IMG/VR virus record: IMGVR_UViG_3300045051_000014
Length of the DNA stretch: 64,000 nucleotides
Strand: one strand, 5' to 3'
Source of the DNA: a virus
Lineage: Duplodnaviria > Heunggongvirae > Uroviricota > Caudoviricetes
Of this stretch, positions 39,717-46,883 are shown in pieces; the stretch's first letter is position 1, and each line of letters starts with the position of its first letter. The notes beneath the pieces are model-generated. The model made no database searches, was not told the origin of the DNA, and worked only from the letters and a program-made list of their open reading frames with translations. The position numbers and the translations under genes are program-made.

Positions 39717-39961
39717 TGAAACTACTTGACACCGCACAAACCAAATATCTCGACTCAATGGAGAAGCGTGCGTTCCCCGCGTGCTTCACCGGATCAAAAC
39801 AGTTTGAAGCGTGGCAGGAAGTCGAATCCATTGCACACACAAAGCCGCGTGCGCTCCCATGCCGGGACTGCGCGGTAGACTATCATAAGCGCATGGTCAT
39901 GGAAGGTCGCTGCGCATTGGCGGGAATCCCGAAGATCACCCGAATCATGGATAAGGCGTAA
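39716..39961 (+). CDS. hypothetical small Cys-containing protein
   Basis: 81 aa. Confidence 0.45.
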   Translation: MKLLDTAQTKYLDSMEKRAFPACFTGSKQFEAWQEVESIAHTKPRALPCRDCAVDYHKRMVMEGRCALAGIPKITRIMDKA

Positions 39962-39984
39962 CAGGAAGGCTCACAAGCCACGAT

Positions 39985-40062
39985 CCGAGGGTACCCGCTA
40001 CCCTAGCCTATCCGGACCCCAAAACCCGTCCTAGGGCTTCCTAGGCGGTCCTACGGGGCGCT
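39985..40062 (+). repeat. GC-rich ~80-bp module (ACCCGCTA..CCTAGG..GGCGGTCCTA) preceding the CGTAAGT element; paralogs at 26786-26880, 50330-50406, 58490-58579
   Basis: shared strings acccgctag, cctagg, gctacgggct, aggcggtcctag. Confidence 0.5.
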
Positions 40063-40136
40063 CGTAAGTCCTTGATTCTATTAGGGTTTTTACGGGTCAA
40101 ATAGCCCCTTCGTAAGTCCTTGATTTCGTTGGGGTT
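40063..40136 (+). repeat. two copies of CGTAAGTCCTTGATT-N6-(A/G)GGGTT element
   Basis: 40063-40088 and 40111-40136. Confidence 0.6.
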
Positions 40137-40197
40137 TTTCTTATTGCGTTATATCTCTTATCTTGCTAAGATGGTTATACAAGGTAAGGAAATAGAT

Positions 40198-40920
40198 ATG
40201 CTGAATCGCAAAGTCTCCGAATGGTCAAACACCGAATGCAAATTCGTGGATAAGGGTCGCGTGACTGAGCATGTCGGTCGCTCGCTTTACGTGGCGAACG
40301 AAACGGTCCAGATCATGTCGGACGTATGGGATACCGAAACGTTCCTGTATTCGATCCGCGACGATGGCACGCTTTCCCGCGATTGCGTCGGCTACTGCGA
40401 CAATCCGGAACTCAATCCGGTGTACGAAATCGACGCGACCGAAGAGGCGTTCGAACTCTATCGCGCCAAGCAGGAAGCGGACAAGTACGAATCGTTGGTG
40501 CATAACACCAATGCGGACTACGCGAATCCGGCATTCAAGGGTCGCGTTGTCAAGGTTGTCCGTGGGCGTAACGCTCCGGTCGGCAAGGTTGGCAAGGTTG
40601 TGGTCGTCATCGAACGTCCGTATGGCATGGGCTATCGCTCGGTCATGCGTCCGAAGCTCGGTATCGCGCTTTCCGCGAAGACGGTCGAAAAGGTCATGCC
40701 GAATGGTAAGGTCTTCCAGAACCATGCCGACATGATATGGGTTTGGGCGCACAATTGCGAAGTCGAAGTGCCGCAGACGGCAGACCTCGCGAAGTGCCGC
40801 CAGATGGCGCAGGATTTTGCGAAGTCTCAGGTGAAGGCGCTCCGTGCGCGTCAGGAAGAGGCGTTCAAGTATCATGCGCCGCGAATGCAGGGTTATCGTC
40901 GCGTAGTGGAATGGGCGTAA
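40198..40920 (+). CDS. hypothetical protein
   Basis: 240 aa; RBS AAGGAAA 7 nt upstream; downstream of repeated intergenic element. Confidence 0.55.
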   Translation: MLNRKVSEWSNTECKFVDKGRVTEHVGRSLYVANETVQIMSDVWDTETFLYSIRDDGTLSRDCVGYCDNPELNPVYEIDATEEAFELYRAKQEADKYESLVHNTNADYANPAFKGRVVKVVRGRNAPVGKVGKVVVVIERPYGMGYRSVMRPKLGIALSAKTVEKVMPNGKVFQNHADMIWVWAHNCEVEVPQTADLAKCRQMAQDFAKSQVKALRARQEEAFKYHAPRMQGYRRVVEWA

Positions 40921-41002
40921 AGCCTAAGAAAGACGGGCGAAAAGTTAAGCGGTTGATTGGCAAGGGATTTTTCGGGTTGACTTCTGACTAAATCTCTGTA
41001 GA

Positions 41003-41221
41003 ATGGTATACATGATGACGAAAAATGTGAAGCAGACGGTGCGCGAAGTCGCAACGGAACTTTCGATGCAGGGTTTCCTGCTAGAGCATGAAGTCACGTT
41101 GAAAGGCGATTGGGAATCGGCTAAGTTGGATAAGACCGTATTGTATGCGGTGGCATCCAAGTTGCAGGAACAAATCGCGGCTCTTCTGGTGGCGGCAGGA
41201 CAGGCAGAAAAAGATGCTTGA
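41003..41221 (+). CDS. hypothetical small protein
   Basis: 72 aa. Confidence 0.4.
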   Translation: MVYMMTKNVKQTVREVATELSMQGFLLEHEVTLKGDWESAKLDKTVLYAVASKLQEQIAALLVAAGQAEKDA

Positions 41222-41330
41222 CAGGATGACGGTTTGGATGTATGCTAATGAGGATGCGATAGTCTGTGTGATGGTCGCATTCGTATTAGGGATAATCTTC
41301 GCTCGGTTGGTCTGGTAAGACAAATTAGAC

Positions 41331-41359
41331 TTGACAGGGCTTCGATTAGTCTGTATACT
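41331..41359 (+). promoter_or_regulatory. sigma70-like promoter TTGACA-N17-TATACT, near-identical to 32332 promoter, upstream of tRNA array
   Basis: AGACTTGACA...GATTAGTCTGTATACT shared 10-mer flanks with the rsr promoter. Confidence 0.6.
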
Positions 41360-41438
41360 GTATGGTCTAAGGTAAGGTGCGGCACCGATTACTGCCGCAG
41401 GATTAGGTAGAAGGCGCAAAAAATATTTGCAAAATCGC

Positions 41439-41467
41439 TTGACTTAGAGAGATTTTTCAAGTAAACT
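41439..41467 (+). promoter_or_regulatory. sigma70-like promoter TTGACT-N17-TAAACT
   Basis: -35 41439-41444, -10 41462-41467. Confidence 0.45.
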
Positions 41468-41606
41468 GTGCTATATATTGTAGAGAGTGGATTCGCCGCT
41501 CCCGCTAGTCGGTAGGGTCGCAAAAGACCCCAAGCTGCCCCTCAACGGGTATGTGTAAAAGGCGAATGTTTGAAGTGGTAAACTTGGCTAGTCCCAAGTT
41601 TTTTTG
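41468..41606 (+). ncRNA. candidate small RNA between promoter 41439 and terminator 41579
   Basis: no ORF; internal hairpins (ggtc-gcaaaa-gacc; aacttgg..ccaagtt). Confidence 0.4.
41579..41606 (+). terminator. rho-independent terminator ending a ~135-nt promoter-driven transcript
   Basis: stem aacttgg/ccaagtt, loop ctagtc, T7 run. Confidence 0.6.
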
Positions 41607-41805
41607 CCCCTACGAAAAGTGGGGATGCCGCAAAAGGTTCTTTTACAATTAGAACAAATAGTGATTAAGGCGCACTTACTGCCTTGCGAGGACTTTTTGC
41701 TCGCTAAATTGTAAGGTAAATCACTTCCTGTCTTCGGATGGGCGTGCCTATCAAGGGTGCCATGACTACGTTAACGTCATCCCGCAATCGGTAAGCGGGA
41801 ACTAT

Positions 41806-41881
41806 GCAAGCGTCGTCTAACGGCTAGGATACTAGACTTTCAATCTGGAAGATGCGGGTTCGAATCCCGTCGCTTGCTCCA
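41806..41881 (+). tRNA. tRNA-Glu(TTC)
   Basis: manual fold: acceptor gcaagcg/cgcttgc, anticodon loop cTTTCaa, T-arm gcgggTTCGAATcccgt, CCA encoded. Confidence 0.75.
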
Positions 41882-42069
41882 ATTTTTCGGAGCGCGGTTA
41901 ATTCTCGCGTTCGAATACTGAGTCGGAAAAAGTCGGGGTTCAATTCCCTGTCATGCGCTTCGGTGTATGGTGGTGTAACGGCAGCACAGTTCCATTTGAG
42001 AGATTCGCGTCACCCGTCGCGACAAGCGAGGTCTGTAACAACAGGCTGAAATTACGGGTAATGAACAAT

Positions 42070-42145
42070 TCCGGGTTGACTAGAGTGGTAATAGCCGCGA
42101 CTGTTAATCGCGTATTCGTAGGTTCGATCCCTACACCCGGAGCCA
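42070..42145 (+). tRNA. tRNA-Asn(GTT)
   Basis: acceptor tccgggt/acccgga, anticodon stem cgcga/tcgcg loop ctGTTaa, T-loop TTCGATC, CCA. Confidence 0.75.
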
Positions 42146-42153
42146 ATTTTTAT

Positions 42154-42228
42154 GGTCCCTTGGTATAACGGCTATTATGCGAAGCTGTCTACTTCGCGAA
42201 ACGGGTTCGACTCCCGTAGGGATCGCCA
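42154..42228 (+). tRNA. tRNA-Asp(GTC)
   Basis: acceptor ggtccct/agggatc, anticodon loop ctGTCta, T-arm acgggTTCGACTcccgt, CCA. Confidence 0.65.
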
Positions 42229-42232
42229 ATTT

Positions 42233-42306
42233 GGGGAGTTAGTATAACGGGATTATTTCTCGCTTGCACCGAGAAGACAAGGGTTCGATTCCCTTACTCT
42301 CCACCA
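42233..42306 (+). tRNA. tRNA-Ala(TGC)
   Basis: acceptor ggggagt/actctcc with G3-U70, anticodon loop ctTGCac, CCA. Confidence 0.8.
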
Positions 42307-42311
42307 ATCAT

Positions 42312-42388
42312 GGGTCTGTCGTATAACGGCATATTATATTCGGCTCTTAACCGATAAGATTAGGGTTCGATTCCCTACAGACCCACCA
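42312..42388 (+). tRNA. tRNA-Lys(CTT)
   Basis: perfect acceptor gggtctg/cagaccc, loop ctCTTaa, T-loop TTCGATT. Confidence 0.7.
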
Positions 42389-42396
42389 ATTACTAT

Positions 42397-42481
42397 GGTC
42401 AAGTATACCGTTAAAGACGCGGAACCGGCTGTAACCCGGTTGTCTCAGACTGGCTAGGAGCGTTACCTAGATTGACCACCA
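42397..42481 (+). tRNA. tRNA-Tyr(GTA)-like, long variable arm, non-canonical T-loop AGCGTTA
   Basis: anticodon stem accgg/ccggt loop ctGTAac; variable hairpin gtc-tca-gac; T-stem ctagg/cctag; one acceptor mismatch. Confidence 0.45.
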
Positions 42482-42491
42482 ATTCATCGTC

Positions 42492-42567
42492 GGGTTCATG
42501 GCGTAACGGCGAGCGCATCGGGCTTTTACCCCGTAAGGTCAGGGTTCGAATCCCTGTGAACCCACCA
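42492..42567 (+). tRNA. tRNA-Lys(TTT)
   Basis: perfect acceptor gggttca/tgaaccc, loop cTTTTac, T-arm agggTTCGAATccct. Confidence 0.7.
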
Positions 42568-42571
42568 ACAT

Positions 42572-42666
42572 GTTCCTGTGGTGTAACGGCAGCACTCCAC
42601 TCTTATAAGGTGGCAATGGCGGCAGATTACCGCATGGTCTAGGTTCGAATCCTAGCAGGAACACCA
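42572..42666 (+). tRNA. atypical 95-nt tRNA-like gene, anticodon ambiguous (TAT or GAT depending on which internal hairpin is the anticodon arm)
   Basis: perfect acceptor gttcctg/caggaac + ACCA, canonical T-arm ctaggTTCGAATcctag, D-arm gtgtaacggcagcac, but two internal hairpins (ccact-cttataa-ggtgg and gcgg-cagatta-ccgc). Confidence 0.45.
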
Positions 42667-42673
42667 GAACAAT

Positions 42674-42748
42674 GCCGGTGTCATCTAATGGCGAAGATGG
42701 TCGCCCGATTAGCGACTCATAAGGGTTCAAGTCCTTTCACCGGTACCA
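42674..42748 (+). tRNA. tRNA-Ile(GAT)-like (C33 instead of U33)
   Basis: perfect acceptor gccggtg/caccggt, anticodon stem gtcgc/gcgac loop ccGATta, T-loop TTCAAGT. Confidence 0.55.
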
Positions 42749-42756
42749 ATTTATTT

Positions 42757-42833
42757 CGGGGTTTAGCTCAGTCTGGTAGAGCGTCTGCTTTGGGAGCAGA
42801 ATGTCAAGTGTTCGAATCACTTATCCCCGACCA
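42757..42833 (+). tRNA. tRNA-Pro(TGG)
   Basis: D-arm gctcagtctggtagagc, anticodon stem tctgc/gcaga loop ttTGGga, T-loop TTCGAAT. Confidence 0.7.
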
Positions 42834-42839
42834 ATTTCT

Positions 42840-42918
42840 GCGAGCGTGGCGTAACAGGCAAACGCGGCAGACTTAAAATCTGCGACATTTGTGAGTTCGA
42901 ATCTCACCGTTCGCACCA
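42840..42918 (+). tRNA. tRNA-Leu(TAA), class-I length (7-nt variable loop, no long arm), A73
   Basis: acceptor gcgagcg/cgttcgc, D gcgt-aacaggcaa-acgc, anticodon gcaga/tctgc loop ctTAAaa, T-arm gtgagTTCGAATctcac. Confidence 0.65.
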
Positions 42919-42927
42919 AAGTATAAT

Positions 42928-43002
42928 GCGGGTAAGGTGTTAATAGATACACGGCGGTCTTCCAAACCTCAGTTGTGGGCGCGATACCCACTACCCGCTC
43001 CA
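42928..43002 (+). tRNA. tRNA-Gly(TCC), T-loop CGCGATA
   Basis: acceptor gcgggta/tacccgc, loop ctTCCaa, discriminator U + CCA; resembles phage-type tRNA-Gly. Confidence 0.7.
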
Positions 43003-43131
43003 ATTTGCTCGTTGATCGGTGAGCCTGACGGCAGATCCGCAAATGTCAAATGCGTTGGTTCGCATTCCGGCTCTCTCCATACAGCGGGAGAGTATCGGGT
43101 AAGACGGTTCGATTCCGCAGCAAAACAATTT

Positions 43132-43207
43132 GTCCTCATAGCATAACGGAAAGTGCGTCGGGCTTCTACCCCGTTCGGTGTGGGTTCGATTCCTACTGAG
43201 GACACCA
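43132..43207 (+). tRNA. tRNA-Arg(TCT)
   Basis: perfect acceptor gtcctca/tgaggac, loop ctTCTac, T-arm gtgggTTCGATTcctac. Confidence 0.7.
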
Positions 43208-43213
43208 AATTAT

Positions 43214-43289
43214 GTTGGGTTAGTATAACGGCTATTACAGCAGTCTCCAAAACTGCACGATGGGAGTTCGAATCTCTCACCCAACGCCA
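43214..43289 (+). tRNA. tRNA-Trp(CCA)
   Basis: perfect acceptor gttgggt/acccaac, anticodon gcagt/actgc loop ctCCAaa, G73. Confidence 0.8.
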
Positions 43290-43301
43290 ATCACAAACAA
43301 T

Positions 43302-43379
43302 GGGACGTTGAAGGGAACTGGTATACCTTTCACGCTTAGAACGTGAAGCTTCTCGGTTCGAATCCGAGGCGTCCTACCA
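43302..43379 (+). tRNA. tRNA-Leu(TAG), class-I length, A73
   Basis: D aagg-gaactggtat-acct, anticodon tcacg/cgtga loop ctTAGaa, 5-nt variable, T-arm ctcggTTCGAATccgag. Confidence 0.6.
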
Positions 43380-43530
43380 ATGCATAGGTTGTCAACAAAC
43401 CTCAATAGACGTAAGAGAAAACCTTACGGTGATGAAATCGTGTTGAACGCACTCTTCATGCGTCATAGTCTTAAAGCGATAAGACAGGAGCGTTGTCTCG
43501 GATACGTAACCGGGGCGGCTATTCAACAAT

Positions 43531-43605
43531 GCCCTCTTAGTATAACGGAAAGAATACTTCGCTACGAACGAAGAGGTAGGGGTTCGATTCCCTTAGAGGG
43601 TACCA
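43531..43605 (+). tRNA. tRNA-Arg(ACG)
   Basis: anticodon cttcg/cgaag loop ctACGaa, T-loop TTCGATT. Confidence 0.7.
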
Positions 43606-43610
43606 ACATT

Positions 43611-43685
43611 GTCTCTGTAGTGTAATGGAAAACACGCAACTCTCCGAAGGTTGTAATTCAGGCTCGACTCCTGACAGGGACACCA
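43611..43685 (+). tRNA. tRNA-Arg(CCG), T-loop CTCGACT
   Basis: acceptor gtctctg/cagggac, anticodon caact/ggttg loop ctCCGaa. Confidence 0.65.
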
Positions 43686-43687
43686 AT

Positions 43688-43762
43688 GGTGATATCGTAC
43701 AACGGCTAGTACCGAAGTCTCATAAGCTTTTAATGATGGTTCGATTCCATCTATCACCACCA
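43688..43762 (+). tRNA. tRNA-Met or Ile2 (CAT), elongator-type
   Basis: perfect acceptor ggtgata/tatcacc (G1-C72 so not initiator), loop ctCATaa. Confidence 0.7.
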
Positions 43763-43768
43763 AATTAC

Positions 43769-43843
43769 GCCGAGTAAGCATTGCAAGCGATGCAGGGGTC
43801 TTGTAAGCCTCAGAATGCGGGGCAGTACCGCAACACGGCACCA
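43769..43843 (+). tRNA. tRNA-Thr(TGT), non-canonical T-loop GGCAGTA
   Basis: acceptor gccgagt/acacggc (one A-A mismatch), D gcat-tgcaagcg-atgc, loop ctTGTaa. Confidence 0.5.
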
Positions 43844-43848
43844 ACTAT

Positions 43849-43924
43849 GTAAGCGTGGCAGACCGGCAGATGCAGCAGGTTGCAACCCTGTTTTAAGTAG
43901 GTTCGACTCCTATCGCTTACTCCA
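43849..43924 (+). tRNA. tRNA-Cys(GCA)
   Basis: perfect acceptor gtaagcg/cgcttac, loop ttGCAac, U73, T-loop TTCGACT. Confidence 0.75.
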
Positions 43925-44020
43925 AACAAGCTGATGCGGGGTTCGACACCCCTGATGATCGCTAGAGGGTTGCAAACTTCTAACGACTAATGAAGGACGC
44001 TCATCGGCTCTAAACACAAT

Positions 44021-44094
44021 GCCCGATTCGTAAAATGGCATTACCTCGCTTTTACACGGCGAAGTTGGCAGTTCGATTCTGTCATCGGGTACCA
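44021..44094 (+). tRNA. tRNA-Val(TAC)
   Basis: acceptor gcccgat/atcgggt, D gtaa-aatggca-ttac, anticodon tcgct/ggcga loop ttTACac. Confidence 0.7.
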
Positions 44095-44165
44095 AACACA
44101 GCAAACGTTATGCGTTTCAAAGGGAGCGGCTGCAAAGCAAACTGGCTTCCACCAATTCAGACAAT

Positions 44166-44241
44166 AGCGGAAGGGTGAAACGGTTTACATTCTAGCCTCA
44201 TAAGCTAGAGACATTGGGTTCGACTCCCATGACCGCTACCA
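44166..44241 (+). tRNA. tRNA-Met(CAT)-like with imperfect acceptor (5 bp + AA/GA mismatches at 6-67,7-66)
   Basis: anticodon ctagc/gctag loop ctCATaa, T-loop TTCGACT, ACCA end. Confidence 0.45.
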
Positions 44242-44247
44242 AACAAT

Positions 44248-44328
44248 GTCCCAAAGAGAGCGAACGGAACGCCTGTTGCCATTGGCAATGCAAGCTAGCT
44301 ACGGTTTCGATGCCGTTGCGGGACACCA
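44248..44328 (+). tRNA. tRNA-like element, anticodon undetermined (possible pseudogene)
   Basis: acceptor gtccc(aa)/(gc)gggac + ACCA, aacgg D-loop, no clean 7-nt anticodon loop, odd T-region tttcgatg. Confidence 0.3.
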
Positions 44329-44333
44329 ATTAC

Positions 44334-44407
44334 GTCCGATTAGCTTAAAAGTGAAGCACCGTGCTGATAACGCGGAGAAGTAGGAGCATTACCTACATTG
44401 GACACCA
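44334..44407 (+). tRNA. tRNA-Ile(GAT), T-loop AGCATTA
   Basis: acceptor gtccgat/attggac, D gctt-aaaagtg-aagc, anticodon ccgtg/cgcgg loop ctGATaa (canonical Ile loop). Confidence 0.6.
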
Positions 44408-44512
44408 ACTACATTCAGCGCACAAACTCTTGCCATTTAAACGGGCGAGTATGCAGAGTGCGGTCCTGCGTCAACAGGGCGAAGCGATTTTGACGAATCG
44501 TAGACTGCGTGC

Positions 44513-44587
44513 GCCGCCATAGTATAATGGTCATTACAAGGTCTTGGTAAGACTTGAATCACAGTTCGATTCTGTGTGGTGGCACCA
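44513..44587 (+). tRNA. tRNA-Thr(GGT)
   Basis: acceptor gccgcca/tggtggc, loop ttGGTaa, T-arm cacagTTCGATTctgtg. Confidence 0.75.
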
Positions 44588-44592
44588 ACAAT

Positions 44593-44678
44593 GCGGAAGT
44601 AGCCTAGCGGTTAGGCACTTGCTTGCCAAGCAAGAGTGCGAAAGCCAAACGCGAGTTCGAATCTCGTCTTCCGCTCCA
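44593..44678 (+). tRNA. tRNA with anticodon GCC (Gly) but 86 nt with ~16-nt variable region
   Basis: perfect acceptor gcggaag/cttccgc, class-II-like D-arm gcc-tagcggtta-ggc, anticodon cttgc/gcaag loop ttGCCaa, extra agtgcgaaagccaaac before T-arm. Confidence 0.5.
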
Positions 44679-44679
44679 A

Positions 44680-45279
44680 TTAGCGTGGATCGTACCTGTA
44701 ATCAGAATGATACATGTTGACGATCCCGCGTCTTAGCTCAGAAGTAAGTTCAAGGTTAGGTATGAAGTTCGGCTTTTCGTTTTCAACGGGAATGTCGATT
44801 GCCATGCCGCCGAAGATACCAATGAGTTTTCTGGCTTCCGATTCGAAGTCATGAAAGTTGAGAACGTTCATGTTAGGATGATCAAACCAATCGGACTGCG
44901 GCTTGAAGCCAATAATGTCGGTGCGTTGAATCCTCTCTAGCAGACGATCCGGATGATTCATCTTATCTCTTAGATGTTGCGGAAGAGCGTTGTATGATTC
45001 TTCATCCAACGGTTCCGGCATACGAATACCAGTGAATGATTCGGGAAACAGTTTGATCAGGACGGTTCGATACGTGCGCAGAAAGTTGTACGCGGATACG
45101 AAACGTTCTACAGGGTCACGCCAGAAAGCGTAACCACTTGAATCTAAATACGCAGTGCTTGGAGTCTCATGCAGACTTCCGACATTCCTGCCGTAAGGTT
45201 TCAATAAGTTTCGAATGGTAGTCGAACCAGTTTTCGGCACCAGATAGAATGCGTGCTTGTTGTCATGACTAATGATCAT
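44680..45279 (-). CDS. sulfotransferase-family protein (PAPS-binding PKTGSTT motif)
   Basis: N-terminal FYLVPKTGSTTIRNLL resembles sulfotransferase 5'-PSB loop; only sizeable minus-strand gene, embedded in tRNA array. Confidence 0.55.
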   Translation of the reverse strand: MIISHDNKHAFYLVPKTGSTTIRNLLKPYGRNVGSLHETPSTAYLDSSGYAFWRDPVERFVSAYNFLRTYRTVLIKLFPESFTGIRMPEPLDEESYNALPQHLRDKMNHPDRLLERIQRTDIIGFKPQSDWFDHPNMNVLNFHDFESEARKLIGIFGGMAIDIPVENEKPNFIPNLELTSELRRGIVNMYHSDYRYDPR

Positions 45280-45439
45280 GCACGTATTTAGGGGAAGATC
45301 ATGAACTTCGAAAGAAACAGAGCATATTACTGGCGGCAGGCGCGAGCATGTTTCAAAGCCGGTTTCAAGTTCCTTCGAAGAGCAATCTTCCTTCCAAAAA
45401 GATAATGTCTCTTAAGCTAATCTAGTGAAAGCGCAGGTC

Positions 45440-45590
45440 TGAAAAGCCTGATAGGTTGGAGCGTAACCAACAGGGGACACCAGTTTCGGGATGTTTACAG
45501 CAAACCAAATACCTCGCCAAATCTGAGGGGCTGTCCAATGGGGACTGTGCGCTAGGGTTCGAATCCCTGCCTACTAGCACAACCATCCCG
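45440..45590 (+). ncRNA. tRNA-like / Y RNA-like module (ACAGCAAACCAAAT + T-arm-like GGTTCGAATCCC, no CCA)
   Basis: motif at 45497-45510; hairpins cctc..gagg, gtcc-aatg-ggac; TTCGAAT T-loop at 45557-45571 without matching acceptor. Confidence 0.4.
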
Positions 45591-45775
45591 TCTAATTGAT
45601 TGTCGCGTCACTGAAATTGAACGTGCGGACATATCGCAGCACTGAGGACATATGTTATTCCCCGCGTGGGCGAGCTTGGAGTCTTCTGCCGACAATCAAC
45701 TTTATAGAGTCAACGGATGAAATGACCTCCCTTGTGGTGCGGCAATAGCCGTATAAAAAATCCGTCGAATTCAAT

Positions 45776-45852
45776 GCACCGGTCTTCTAATAGGATAGGA
45801 AAACAGGTTCTCAACCTGTGCAATGACGGTTCGAATCCGTTCCGGTGTACCA
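45776..45852 (+). tRNA. tRNA-Glu(CTC)
   Basis: acceptor gcaccgg/ccggtgt, anticodon acagg/cctgt loop ttCTCaa, T-loop TTCGAAT. Confidence 0.65.
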
Positions 45853-45859
45853 AACATAA

Positions 45860-45934
45860 CAGGATGTAAGTCAACAGCAGACGACCTCGCTTGGAACGAG
45901 GAGGCAGTAGGGGCAGCACCTACCATCCTGACCA
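45860..45934 (+). tRNA. tRNA-Pro(TGG) second copy, T-loop GGCAGCA
   Basis: perfect acceptor caggatg/catcctg, anticodon cctcg/cgagg loop ctTGGaa. Confidence 0.55.
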
Positions 45935-45986
45935 ATTCATACTACATAGTAGACCATATGGACTACTTTGTAGTCCAAAGATCAAT

Positions 45987-46063
45987 GGTAAGTGTAGCAT
46001 AGTGGCTAATGCCCAAGACTGTGAATCTTGAAGACGCGGGTTCGAATCCCGTCGCTTACCCCA
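45987..46063 (+). tRNA. tRNA-His(GTG) with encoded G-1
   Basis: extra 5' G pairing with C73, loop ctGTGaa, T-arm gcgggTTCGAATcccgt. Confidence 0.75.
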
Positions 46064-46083
46064 AACACAAATGGAGCGAAACC

Positions 46084-46269
46084 ATGGCTGCGAAGAACGA
46101 TGTAACAGGTGATAGTATCAAAACTAAGACTGGCAATCCTGATGCGTATGCAAAGGGTTGGGATCGAATCTTCGGCAGTAAACGAACAAAGGACCGTACA
46201 CCTTCCGGTGAGCTTGCTGAACCGGTGCGCCGCAGGGCTGCGAACAAAGTACGGGCTAAGAACAATTGA
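46084..46269 (+). CDS. small basic protein (61 aa) nested between tRNA genes
   Basis: ATG with GGAG RBS 7 nt upstream; MAAKNDVTGDSIKTKTGNPDAYAKGWDRIFG... Confidence 0.35.
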   Translation: MAAKNDVTGDSIKTKTGNPDAYAKGWDRIFGSKRTKDRTPSGELAEPVRRRAANKVRAKNN

Positions 46270-46350
46270 TGGGTTGACGGTGCCGGTAACTGTCCCTAGT
46301 CTTTGAAACTAGTGCATTGCGCGTAGGTTCGACTCCTACCCCATCAGCCA
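46267..46350 (+). tRNA. tRNA-Gln(TTG) with enlarged D-loop and 10-nt variable region
   Basis: perfect acceptor tgatggg/cccatca, anticodon ctagt/actag loop ctTTGaa, T-arm gtaggTTCGACTcctac. Confidence 0.5.
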
Positions 46351-46616
46351 ATTTGCCTCTAGAGCAAAAACAACGAGTCATGTTACGTTGTAAAATAAGA
46401 ACATGCAACCATGTGCTGAAAGCAGACGGCTAACGTGCTGTCTCTCTAGCACCCACCGTTGTAGGTGGGAGTGCGGAGTGGAGTAAGAGTGGTGGTAGTA
46501 ATTGATTCCGAGATAGTTCAATAGGCAGAACAACCTCACGCTAAGAGGGAGACAGGGTTCGAATCCCACCGGAATTAGTGGCGCGGCTTCCAAGAATACC
46601 AAACGCGCCCAACTTT

Positions 46617-46690
46617 TCTCCTCTCGTCTAACGGCAGGACGCAACGCTCTGAACGTTGCTATCGTGGTTCGAATCCATGGGGGAGAGCCA
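46617..46690 (+). tRNA. tRNA-Gln(CTG)
   Basis: acceptor tctcctc/ggggaga, D gtct-aacggca-ggac, anticodon caacg/cgttg loop ctCTGaa. Confidence 0.7.
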
Positions 46691-46699
46691 AATTTAAAT

Positions 46700-46787
46700 G
46701 GAAGGTTGTCCGAGAGGCTTATGGACCCTGTTTGCTAAACAGTGGGGCGTTAAAACCACACAGGTTCGAATCCTGTACCTTCCGCCA
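46700..46787 (+). tRNA. tRNA-Ser(GCT), class II
   Basis: perfect acceptor ggaaggt/accttcc, G73, loop ttGCTaa, long variable arm, T-arm acaggTTCGAATcctgt. Confidence 0.7.
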
Positions 46788-46795
46788 AAACAAAT

Positions 46796-46883
46796 GGAAG
46801 ATTGACCGAGAGGCTTATGGTTCCCGCTTGGAAAGCGGTGAGATGTAAAAGTCACGCAGGTTCGAATCCTGCATCTTCCGCCA
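46796..46883 (+). tRNA. tRNA-Ser(GGA), class II
   Basis: perfect acceptor ggaagat/atcttcc, G73, anticodon ccgc/gcgg loop ttGGAaa, long variable arm. Confidence 0.7.

Noticed and set aside
40225-40991. ORFs 40225..40875(-), 40271..40735(+), 40737..40991(+)
   Set aside because: Alternative frames of gene 40198..40920; R/S-rich low-complexity translation
41882-41957. Possible tRNA with T-arm cggggTTCAATTccctg
   Set aside because: No complementary 5' acceptor strand (cgcatga) and no CCA; left as an unassigned structured spacer
42572-42666. Idea that the 95-nt tRNA-like gene is an amber/ochre suppressor explaining the rmlB TAG
   Set aside because: The 7-nt loop cttataa gives anticodon TAT, and the alternative hairpin gives GAT; neither is CTA or TTA
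41852-43280. ORFs predicted across the tRNA array (41852..42049, 41953..42168, 42539..42730, 42688..42876, 42969..43280 and others)
   Set aside because: They run through tandem tRNA genes on both strands; no RBS; products dominated by tRNA-derived codons
43925-44020. Possible tRNA using acceptor gctgatg/catcggc
   Set aside because: Acceptor pairs 7/7 but no T-arm and no CCA; anticodon arm requires an 8-nt loop; probably a degenerate remnant
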